Source: a virus. From it: a stretch of DNA of 64,000 nucleotides. The stretch is from positions 1 through 64,000 of the IMG/VR virus record IMGVR_UViG_3300027898_000002, one strand, 5' to 3'. Below, one piece after another: positions 32,993 to 40,692 of this stretch. A model generated the notes under the pieces. The model worked only from the letters and a program-made list of their open reading frames with translations, was not told the DNA's origin and made no database searches. Each line of letters starts with the position of its first letter. Within the stretch, counting starts at the first letter, position 1. The position numbers were made by a program, and so were the translations under genes.

Positions 32993-33136
32993 ATGTTCAA
33001 CATTTACCAATATGCCCACATCGCGGCATTCTATCGTCGCAAGGCTGCACTTGACTTCTCGCAGTTTGCCCATTGGTTCGGATTGGCTGAAGCCTATCAC
33101 ATGGCTTCTCAAGGCTGGGCACTGGCTGACCGGTAA
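32993..33136 (+). CDS. possible 47-aa protein
   Basis: MFNIYQYAHIAAFYRRKAALDFSQFAHWFGLAEAYHMASQGWALADR. Fills the gap, but no clear RBS. Confidence 0.3.
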   Translation: MFNIYQYAHIAAFYRRKAALDFSQFAHWFGLAEAYHMASQGWALADR

Positions 33137-33222
33137 CATGTCGAAACGGCCTACGGGCCGTCTGTTCAGGGTGGCTCCCTGGGCACCGATGATGACAAGC
33201 CAAACCCACAGGACCCCACACC

Positions 33223-33501
33223 ATGACCACATCGTCCGAACTGACCACCATATCCAAGATCGTCGACCGGGCCGAGTCCCTCGGCCTGCTCCACAAATTC
33301 CGCTATTCCCGTCTGACGTGCATGATGGATGTGGCGGCCGTCCATGACGACATCACCCCTTTGCGGCTCGACGACCTGTTGGCCGCCGACAAATTTAATT
33401 TCATCCACGACATCACCGGTATCGCCCGCCATCTCCACCGTGATTCGGACCGGGCCAAGCGATACCTTACGGGCGGTTTCATCCCTCGATTCAGCCGTTG
33501 A
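33223..33501 (+). CDS. hypothetical protein
   Basis: 92 aa. Leader AAACCCACAGGA at 33202-33213. Confidence 0.6.
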   Translation: MTTSSELTTISKIVDRAESLGLLHKFRYSRLTCMMDVAAVHDDITPLRLDDLLAADKFNFIHDITGIARHLHRDSDRAKRYLTGGFIPRFSR

Positions 33502-33587
33502 CAGGGCGGCCCAAATCGGAATAGGATGTGGGCGGGACCTTTCGGGGTCTCGCCCATCGGCTTTTTAACCCCACAGGACATCAAACC

Positions 33588-34271
33588 ATGACCGAGCTCG
33601 AACACATCATCCTCCGGGATCAAATCGACATCGCCACGGGGATCATCGTCATCCCCGACAAAGACACCAAGTTCGCCCTCCCGATCATCTGCCCAAAAAC
33701 CAAGGAAATCATCTCGGCCGAAACGCTCTACAATCGTTGTTGCGCCGATCTTGGCTACGTCGTGCGTGATCACATCGCCGACCTCGTGTTCGACAATCTG
33801 GATTATACCAACACCGCCACCGTCTGCATGCTCGAAGTAAACGACGCCGTTTCGGCTTGGGCAAAGGATGTACGTATTCAGCTAGGCATCATCCCCGTAT
33901 CAGCCGACGACATCCACAAGGCCAACGACCTGATTACCCGCCACGAGGCCAAGCTCGGCTATACATTGAACGTCGATCACCGCAAATCCGTGCTGATGTA
34001 CCAATTTTCATCTTGGACCATGGCCTACATCAACGCCGTGTACGACGCCATCCATACGTCACTGACTGAGCATGTCCTGACACAGGCTGTATTCGTTGAC
34101 GTCATAGCCAATCCGATCGCCTATCGGCTGTTGACCGATCAAGGGGCGGCCGTGTTGGTCTACGCCGGTTCGTGCTACGAATTGTATATGTCCGAGAGTC
34201 ACGACATCTGTATCGACGAACACGGTATGGATATCGGGCTGAATTCCCATAATCTGGAATCCGATTACTGA
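33588..34271 (+). CDS. hypothetical protein
   Basis: Start set at ATG 33588, after the leader AACCCCACAGGA (33567-33578). 227 aa. Confidence 0.65.
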   Translation: MTELEHIILRDQIDIATGIIVIPDKDTKFALPIICPKTKEIISAETLYNRCCADLGYVVRDHIADLVFDNLDYTNTATVCMLEVNDAVSAWAKDVRIQLGIIPVSADDIHKANDLITRHEAKLGYTLNVDHRKSVLMYQFSSWTMAYINAVYDAIHTSLTEHVLTQAVFVDVIANPIAYRLLTDQGAAVLVYAGSCYELYMSESHDICIDEHGMDIGLNSHNLESDY

Positions 34272-34302
34272 TCAGCCACAGCCTCCCCCGTCGACAATCA
34301 AA

Positions 34303-34334
34303 CCCCCGGCCATGACAGCCGGGGGTTTTGTTTT
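34303..34334 (+). terminator. rho-independent terminator of the rightward early/middle block
   Basis: CCCCCGGC-catgaca-GCCGGGGG followed by TTTTGTTTT. Confidence 0.75.
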
Positions 34335-34363
34335 GGGGCGATCCTCGGGGTCCGTAAGGCCGT

Positions 34364-34690
34364 CTAGCGCCGAACTGTCGCCCTGGCTGCCATCAACCGA
34401 TCATAGGCGGCCGCGGCCTCGGCCTTGGCCGCTGCCTTGGCTGCAGCCTTCTCCCGTGCCTTAAGCCGGGCATGTTCGACATGCCGCTGATACTTGGCCA
34501 CGGCTTTGGGTCCACGGGCCGCCCGGGCGGCTTTGTTGTCGGCGATCGACCGGAGGCGGGCCTCCTTGGCCTCGGCCCGCTCCGCCCGCTGTCGGACCCA
34601 GCCGGCCTGCTTGGCCGCCCACCGGGCCAGTCTGGCCTCCTCGTCGGCCTTGACCTGGGCGCGTGTTCGACGGCGCTTGATGATCCGCAT
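34364..34690 (-). CDS. highly basic Arg/Ala/Lys-rich helical protein
   Basis: 108 aa. Strong SD TAGGAGGTCAAAATC-ATG. It is the only leftward gene in this region and is divergent from the late operon. Confidence 0.7.
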   Translation of the reverse strand: MRIIKRRRTRAQVKADEEARLARWAAKQAGWVRQRAERAEAKEARLRSIADNKAARAARGPKAVAKYQRHVEHARLKAREKAAAKAAAKAEAAAAYDRLMAARATVRR

Positions 34691-34707
34691 GATTTTGACC
34701 TCCTATA

Positions 34708-35010
34708 ATTGATAGACCCAGATAGACCCTGTTGACCCCATAGTGTGACCCAAATGTCACGGGGGGTCAAGACGGGAAATGGGGGTTGATCCCAGCTCCT
34801 ACACGTGATTTTGGATATATATTCGTATTATCAGTAATCCAAAATTGTCACGGGTGATACGTAAGTGTCCCCTTTAACCGTCTTGACCCCCCTTGGGTAT
34901 TCAAGCTAGCGATTTGACTGTGCCGCCCATCCTTGGGATAGGGAGCAGGCTGTTGACAGGGCGATCAGGCCAAAGTCCCTTGTGAAAGCGGGTTGTTTGG
35001 GTCTATCAAT
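34708..35010. promoter_or_regulatory. late-operon control region with nested direct and inverted repeats
   Basis: GATAGACCC at 34711 and 34721, with an inverted copy at 34999-35010 (12 bp). 15-bp inverted repeat GGGGGGTCAAGACGG 34761-34775 / 34878-34892. TTTTGGAT/ATCCAAAA at 34809-34816 / 34837-34844. GTGAC-n6-GTCAC at 34745-34760. Confidence 0.65.
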
Positions 35011-35042
35011 CGGACGGTAACTGATTTGGCAGGTTAGGGCTG

Positions 35043-35549
35043 ATGATCGTTTCAACCTCTTGGGGTGTCCTCGTAGCTCAACAACAGCGCCATAAATCGC
35101 TAGCAGAAGTTTTGACTTCTCGCGGTGTTGGTTATTTCATTCCCGTAGTTGAAGAGTTGACAATCTCGCGTGGTCGGCATGAGCGGTCGATGAAACCACT
35201 GCTGGGTGAATATGTGTTGTTTGCAGTGTCGTCGGTTTGGAAAACACTGTTGTCGATTCGCGGTGTGTCGGGGATGTTGTTGAATGAAGCAGGATATCCG
35301 GCACAGGTGTTGCCACGAGAGCTCGAGCGGTTGCGGGCAATGTGCGATGGGGATGTGTTACGGGTTGTCGAGCCGGATGTGAAGAAAGAAGTGAAATACG
35401 GCGATCCGGTCAAGGCGACAAGCGGGCCATTTGCTAATCATTTCGGCCGGTATCTGGAAAAGACGAAGCGCGGTGATGCCGCGCTTTTCTTTTTGTTCGG
35501 GCGGGAACAACGTGTCGAGTTTAAGCGTGGTGACTTGATAGCCGTGTAA
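35043..35549 (+). CDS. NusG/RfaH-like transcription antitermination factor (NGN + KOW)
   Basis: 168 aa. WGVLVAQQQRHKSLAEVLTSRGVGYFIPVVE...KPLLGEYVLFAV fits an NGN domain. KYGDPVKATSGPFANHFGRY fits a KOW motif. Confidence 0.75.
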   Translation: MIVSTSWGVLVAQQQRHKSLAEVLTSRGVGYFIPVVEELTISRGRHERSMKPLLGEYVLFAVSSVWKTLLSIRGVSGMLLNEAGYPAQVLPRELERLRAMCDGDVLRVVEPDVKKEVKYGDPVKATSGPFANHFGRYLEKTKRGDAALFFLFGREQRVEFKRGDLIAV

Positions 35550-35631
35550 GTTCCTTCGGGCCTCGGTCTTGTTCACCGACTGCTTTTAGCACCAAGGGCG
35601 GAGCTTGCCGTTTTCAAAAAGGGGATTTGTT

Positions 35632-35856
35632 ATGGTTGAGCGCGTTTATGGAATTGTGAAATTTTTTATCGATGACAAGGGATATGGTTTCATTGCGCCG
35701 GTCGACGGCGGCAAGGATATTTTTGTTCATCGATCGGGGTTGGTATCTGGACTTCGCGAATTGAAGTCCGATCAAAAAGTGAGTTATCGGGTCGAGCAGT
35801 CCGATAGGCCGCGCGGCGATGGCAAGATGGCAGTTGAAGTACAACTTGAGAGTTAA
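35632..35856 (+). CDS. cold-shock domain protein
   Basis: Start set at ATG 35632. YGIVKFFIDDKGYGFIAP.DGGKDIFVHRSGL carries the RNP1/RNP2-like CSD motifs. Confidence 0.85.
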   Translation: MVERVYGIVKFFIDDKGYGFIAPVDGGKDIFVHRSGLVSGLRELKSDQKVSYRVEQSDRPRGDGKMAVEVQLES

Positions 35857-35876
35857 AGAATCTTTGGGATATCCAA

Positions 35877-36326
35877 GTGGCAGCCACGAAGACCAGCAAT
35901 GCCAAGCGCAAGAGCTACCTGCCGAAGGACGCGAACGGCAAGGTAAAGGGCGGACCTGGGAGACCGAAGGGCGTCCCGAACAAGATCACGACCGAAGCCA
36001 AGACAGCTATCGCTATGGCGTTCGAGGGGATTGGCGGACTACCGGCGCTGATAACCTGGGCAAAGAAGAACGCAACTAATAGAGCAATCTTCTACACGCA
36101 TATATACACGAAGCTTATCCCGGTTCAGGTGGCGGGGAAGATCGATCTCAGGGAAGATAGCAGTGCCAGTCACGCCGCCGCCGTTTTCGAACGTATACTC
36201 CTTGGCATCATCGATTCGCGACAAGACGGAAGCGAAGAAGCTCCTGTCATCATTGACGCCGAACCAAATCGAGAGCCTACTCCACAATTGGTCCTTTCTA
36301 GCTCGGCCAGAACAAAGGCCGCCTAG
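35877..36326 (+). CDS. terminase small subunit candidate
   Basis: 149 aa, GTG start without a clear SD. GGPGRPKGVPNKITTEAK HTH-like N-terminus. Sits immediately before the large subunit. Confidence 0.5.
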   Translation: MAATKTSNAKRKSYLPKDANGKVKGGPGRPKGVPNKITTEAKTAIAMAFEGIGGLPALITWAKKNATNRAIFYTHIYTKLIPVQVAGKIDLREDSSASHAAAVFERILLGIIDSRQDGSEEAPVIIDAEPNREPTPQLVLSSSARTKAA

Positions 36327-37593
36327 TTCGCTTCCTAATTCAAATCTGCCGTGGCAGTTTTGGATGTACATGGCGGGTCGTGGCGCCGGCAAGACACGAT
36401 CGGGAGCCGAGTGGATACGCGATAAGGTCAAGCAGGGATCGCGTCATCTTGGCTTGATAGCTCCGACAGCCGCCGACATACGCAAGGTCATGGTCGAAGG
36501 CGAATCCGGTGTGCTCGCCTGCTCCTGGGACAAAGACGTTGATAATTTTGGGCAGCATATGGGCCGCCCCGAGTACGAGCCTTCGAAGTCACATCGGTTG
36601 ACGTGGGAGAATGGAGCTACCGCCCATTGCTTCTCTGCAGAGGAGCCGGATCGATTACGTGGACCGCAGCACGATACGATTTGGGCGGACGAGCTCGCTG
36701 CGTGGAAGGACATGAAGAATATTGAAGCTGTCAATGCTTGGGATATGGCGTTGTTCGGCTTGCGACTTGGTGCTAATCCGCAGGCATTGATAACGACGAC
36801 GCCGCGGCCGATACCGGTCATTCGTGAGATGTTGCGTTCGGAGCATTGCGTCGTCACACACTCGACGACATACGCCAATAGGGCCAATCTGGCGGCGGCG
36901 TTCCTGAGCGTTATCATTGCCAAGTACAAAGGCACGCGGCTGGGTCGTCAGGAGCTCGAGGCTCTGATACTCGACGAGCTGGAAGGGGCGCTGTGGACGC
37001 GCCAGATGATACAGGATGCATTGCTGGTCAATCGCAGTGAGCCCGATTATCTTCGTACTGTCGTGGCAGTCGATCCGGCTACCACTGACAAGGCGGCGAG
37101 CAATCTCACTGGTTTGATCGGTGCGAGCCTCGGTGTCGATCGACACGGATATGTTCGCGATGACAGATCAGGTCGTTACAGTCCCGACAAGTGGGGACGC
37201 GTTGCTATTCAGATGTACGATGACTTGCAGGCTGATTGCATTGTTGCTGAAGGCAATCAGGGTGGCGACATGGTGCGTCATACCATACAGACAGCGGCTG
37301 TCGCCATGGAACATGGTCCTGTTCCTGTTCAGATCGTACACGCGTCACGATCGAAGCAAGCGCGGGCCGAACCGGTGTCGGCGCTTTATGAGCAGAAGCG
37401 TATACATCATGTCAAACCGTTCCCGGAGCTGGAAGATCAGCTTTGTACCTGGGAGCCGTTGAGTGGCGATCCGTCGCCCGATCGACTTGATGGGTTGGTG
37501 TGGGGAATAACGAACTTGATGCTTGGAAGTCCTATTGTTTCAATAGTCGTGCCTATCGTCACAGGAACACCGCGGATAATACCGGGTCAATAA
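36163..37593 (+). CDS. terminase large subunit
   Basis: Walker A MAGRGAGKT, preceded by LLHNWSFLARPEQ. ADELAAW. Nuclease-domain pattern VAVDPATT. The only in-frame start upstream of the conserved N-terminus is GTG 36163, which overlaps the previous ORF by 164 nt. Confidence 0.85.
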   Translation: MPVTPPPFSNVYSLASSIRDKTEAKKLLSSLTPNQIESLLHNWSFLARPEQRPPSSLPNSNLPWQFWMYMAGRGAGKTRSGAEWIRDKVKQGSRHLGLIAPTAADIRKVMVEGESGVLACSWDKDVDNFGQHMGRPEYEPSKSHRLTWENGATAHCFSAEEPDRLRGPQHDTIWADELAAWKDMKNIEAVNAWDMALFGLRLGANPQALITTTPRPIPVIREMLRSEHCVVTHSTTYANRANLAAAFLSVIIAKYKGTRLGRQELEALILDELEGALWTRQMIQDALLVNRSEPDYLRTVVAVDPATTDKAASNLTGLIGASLGVDRHGYVRDDRSGRYSPDKWGRVAIQMYDDLQADCIVAEGNQGGDMVRHTIQTAAVAMEHGPVPVQIVHASRSKQARAEPVSALYEQKRIHHVKPFPELEDQLCTWEPLSGDPSPDRLDGLVWGITNLMLGSPIVSIVVPIVTGTPRIIPGQ

Positions 37594-37608
37594 CTGGAGG
37601 TTGTCGTT

Positions 37609-38292
37609 ATGGTTGACATTACTGCGCTCGAGAATACGAATGCACATCGCTGGGAAACGATGCATATTCGCAACGATCGGATCAACGCTTTACACGCTAC
37701 GGCACTGCGGTTGACAGCGCCCGACGCCAAGGCGAGATATCAGGGCGTCAGCGATCATCTGGCGCAGATCGCCGCTCGAGATAAAGCGACCAACGCTGCC
37801 GGCAAGACGAATATCGTTGTCGTACCACCGTGGTTCATCGCGATCGTCAGCGAGCGCGAATATGGTGGCCCGCCGCACTGGGATCGTCAACTCGGGCAGG
37901 GTGATCCGCTACACGAAAAGTCGGTTCATGTGCCGTCCGGAATGGGTCCATATCTTTCGCATCCCGAAGATACTACACCCGGTAACGATGCCTGGACGCG
38001 CTGTTGCGTTGATGTCCTGCTCAATTCGGCTCCTTTTGCTGCGAAGTGGACGATCTGGACGATCGGCGGCGTGTTGACGTTGTTCGAAGAATACAACGGA
38101 CTCGGCTACGCCAAGCGGGGTGTGCCGTCAGCCTACGTGTGGTCCGGCACCGATCAATACGTCAGCGGCAAATACGTTCGCGATCGTGTGTATGATCCCA
38201 AGGTCGTCGACGTGCAGGAAGGCTGCGCCGCAATCTTGGCTATGATGATGGCCGTGGATTCTTCGATAAAGATCGAAGGAGTTAATACGTGA
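37609..38292 (+). CDS. lysozyme-family protein (COG5526-like), endolysin candidate
   Basis: 227 aa. LFEEYNGLGYAKRGVPSAYVWSGTDQYVSGKYVRDRVYDP...VQEGCAA matches the family pattern as I recall it. Confidence 0.6.
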   Translation: MVDITALENTNAHRWETMHIRNDRINALHATALRLTAPDAKARYQGVSDHLAQIAARDKATNAAGKTNIVVVPPWFIAIVSEREYGGPPHWDRQLGQGDPLHEKSVHVPSGMGPYLSHPEDTTPGNDAWTRCCVDVLLNSAPFAAKWTIWTIGGVLTLFEEYNGLGYAKRGVPSAYVWSGTDQYVSGKYVRDRVYDPKVVDVQEGCAAILAMMMAVDSSIKIEGVNT

Positions 38293-38425
38293 TACTCCAG
38301 CGCAGCGATCTTCGTTGCGGAAAAAAGTGTCACGCTGGGAACTGACAATGTTGTTGGTAGCGTACAGCGTTGTGATAGCAGCAGGAATATACCTATACGT
38401 TAAACGTTGAACCCTGGAGGTCGTT

Positions 38426-38785
38426 ATGGTTGCCGTTACCCGTTTGTTGATCGTCGGTGCATTGCTCGTCAGTCCCGTGCTGGCTCGCGATGATGGGAGA
38501 TACACCAACTCCCCGCTACACGAATGGTTTGATCACTTGTCGAGTAAGAAAGGCCTGTGTTGTTCGAATACCGACGGCTTGGCGGTTGCCGATGTCGATT
38601 GGGAATCCAGTGGCGGGAAGTTTCGTGTTCGTCTGGAAGGCCGCTGGGTTGACGTTCCCGATGATGCTGTGATCACGGAGCCAAATCGATCGGGGCATAC
38701 GATGGTCTGGCCCGTCTATTATCGCAATGGCGATGATCCTGTCACAATCTATATTCGCTGCTTCATGCCAGGAGAAATGTCATGA
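38426..38785 (+). CDS. secreted protein (signal peptide)
   Basis: 119 aa. N-terminus MVAVTRLLIVGALLVSPVLA-RDD. GGAGG upstream. Confidence 0.6.
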   Translation: MVAVTRLLIVGALLVSPVLARDDGRYTNSPLHEWFDHLSSKKGLCCSNTDGLAVADVDWESSGGKFRVRLEGRWVDVPDDAVITEPNRSGHTMVWPVYYRNGDDPVTIYIRCFMPGEMS

Positions 38786-39015
38786 CCGATACTCATATAG
38801 ACGCCTTCATCGACGGTGCCTTCGTCGGCTGCATGATGTTTTTGAGTTACATGCTCCCGGCGCTGATTGCATATCTGCGCTATCATCGCAATTGGCGGGC
38901 GATCGCAGCCTTGAACCTGCTGCTCGGATGGACATTTTTCGGCTGGGTCATGGCGTTTGTCTGGGCGTTGACGTCACAACAAGAGGAGCTGCGACATGGC
39001 CACGAACGACGTTGA
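38782..39015 (+). CDS. superinfection-immunity family (Imm_superinfect-like) membrane protein; alternatively holin-like
   Basis: 77 aa. LPALIAYLRYHRNWRAIAALNLLLGWTFFGWVMAFVWAL matches the family signature ...R.H.n...I...NlllGWT..GW..A..WA. Confidence 0.6.
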   Translation: MTDTHIDAFIDGAFVGCMMFLSYMLPALIAYLRYHRNWRAIAALNLLLGWTFFGWVMAFVWALTSQQEELRHGHERR

Positions 39016-39232
39016 AGTGAAGCTGCACGTTGATACATCGGAGGCAGAAGCTGCCATCAGGCACTTCCAACTCCAAACCGCCCAGTCGGCACTCGATGAC
39101 ATCCTCGTAGTTCTCGATTGGCTCGGTGCCACCAAGACTCCGACCAAGCAGGCCGAAGCTGCGTTGGGCAGACTGCGCGAGCGGGCGAAAGCAAACGTGC
39201 CGCTGGATGTTCGTATCGTCAACAATCCGTAA
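38996..39232 (+). CDS. hypothetical protein
   Basis: 78 aa. 20-nt overlap with the previous gene. Confidence 0.5.
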   Translation: MATNDVEVKLHVDTSEAEAAIRHFQLQTAQSALDDILVVLDWLGATKTPTKQAEAALGRLRERAKANVPLDVRIVNNP

Positions 39233-39284
39233 ACGACAATCGACGCAAAAAGCGTTCGTTAACATCGGAAGAGAGGAAACGATC

Positions 39285-40679
39285 ATGTTGAATGTTGCAT
39301 TAAATGTTGTCAAGTCATCTACCACGCCCGATGCCACTACTTTCAACGAATCTGCTGTCAATTTATTTTATCGCGGAGACTACATTGAAGCGGCAAGGCA
39401 GTTGCAATGGGCGCTGGTTCTCGATCCGGAATACGATGAAGCATGGCATAACCGAGCCATGATTTTGAACGCGCTTCGTGATCCATTCGACGCCATCCTG
39501 TGTTGTGACAAAGCTATTGAGATAAATCCCTATAACGCGATCTATCACAATACTCGTGGTGTGTGCCTGTCGGCGTTGGGTTTGTTTGCCGATGCGATGG
39601 TGAGTTACGAAGAGTCTCTGCTGCATAACCCCGATTTGTCTTCGGCGTGGCACAACAGAGGCTACGTAGCAAAGCTGCTTAATCGGATGGAGGATGCTGT
39701 TACTTATCATCGTATGGCTACGCATAAGCATCCAGGAAATCCGACTTATCATATGGCGTTGGCTGCCGCGCTTCTTGCCGTGGGCGAGCTCGAGGATGGA
39801 TGGCTGGAATACGAGTATCGTTTCAAAGTACTCAATAGCAACCACAGACAGATTCCACTACCGAAGTGGCGTGGTCATGATATCAAGGGACTTATTCTGT
39901 GCGCCGAACAGGGTTACGGCGATACGATACAGTTCCTGCGTTATGGACCGATACTGAAACAACTCTATCCGAACATGCAGGTATATGTCGAAGTGAAGAA
40001 GCCGCTGCTCCAGTTGGCTCGCACTATGGAAGGCATCGATGGTGTCGTGTTGTACGGCGATCCGCTGCCCAGTGATGCAACGCATTACCTGCCGATGATG
40101 TCGGCGCCAATCTACGCCGGTACGCACACGATCGACGATATACCTTCCGAATCGTATCTTCGCGTGCGGGACAGCGGCAAGCCGGCTATACAGGTCGGCA
40201 AGAGGTCATACAATGTCGGCATTTGTTGGTCTGCTGGTACGCGACCGAATCAGCCGGAGTTGCAGGACATCGCTGAACGCAAAAGCATAGCCTTGCGTTT
40301 TCTCCAGCCGCTGGCGGATATCGAGAACGTCCGTTGGTTCAACCTTCAAGTGCCGTCGCCGGCGGAGAAGCCGTTCCCGATGGAAGACTATGAGATTCAT
40401 GATTTCTACGACACGGCTTGTTTGATATCGTCGCTTGATCTGGTTGTAACTGTCGATACCAGCGTCGCCCATCTGGCAGGGGCTATCGGCGCCAACACAA
40501 TCCTGATGACACCCAGGGATAACTGCTGGCGGTGGTTCGATGATCGTCTGGCGTCGCCGTGGTACCCATCTCTGCGCCAGTATCGGCAGCCTGTATCGGG
40601 AGATTGGGCCAGCGTGATTGCGAAGGTCAAGGAGCTTATTACGGTCATGGCTCGACCAAATCAGGTAGCGGCAGAATAG
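39285..40679 (+). CDS. TPR-repeat protein fused to a GT-B (family 9/41-like) glycosyltransferase domain
   Basis: Start set at ATG 39285 (GAGAGGAAAC upstream). At least four TPR-like units (YRGDYIEAARQLQWALVLDPEYDEAWHNRA...). C-domain motif GYGDTIQFLRY and TVDTSVAHLAGA. Confidence 0.7.
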   Translation: MLNVALNVVKSSTTPDATTFNESAVNLFYRGDYIEAARQLQWALVLDPEYDEAWHNRAMILNALRDPFDAILCCDKAIEINPYNAIYHNTRGVCLSALGLFADAMVSYEESLLHNPDLSSAWHNRGYVAKLLNRMEDAVTYHRMATHKHPGNPTYHMALAAALLAVGELEDGWLEYEYRFKVLNSNHRQIPLPKWRGHDIKGLILCAEQGYGDTIQFLRYGPILKQLYPNMQVYVEVKKPLLQLARTMEGIDGVVLYGDPLPSDATHYLPMMSAPIYAGTHTIDDIPSESYLRVRDSGKPAIQVGKRSYNVGICWSAGTRPNQPELQDIAERKSIALRFLQPLADIENVRWFNLQVPSPAEKPFPMEDYEIHDFYDTACLISSLDLVVTVDTSVAHLAGAIGANTILMTPRDNCWRWFDDRLASPWYPSLRQYRQPVSGDWASVIAKVKELITVMARPNQVAAE

Positions 40680-40692
40680 GAACTAAAGCGTA

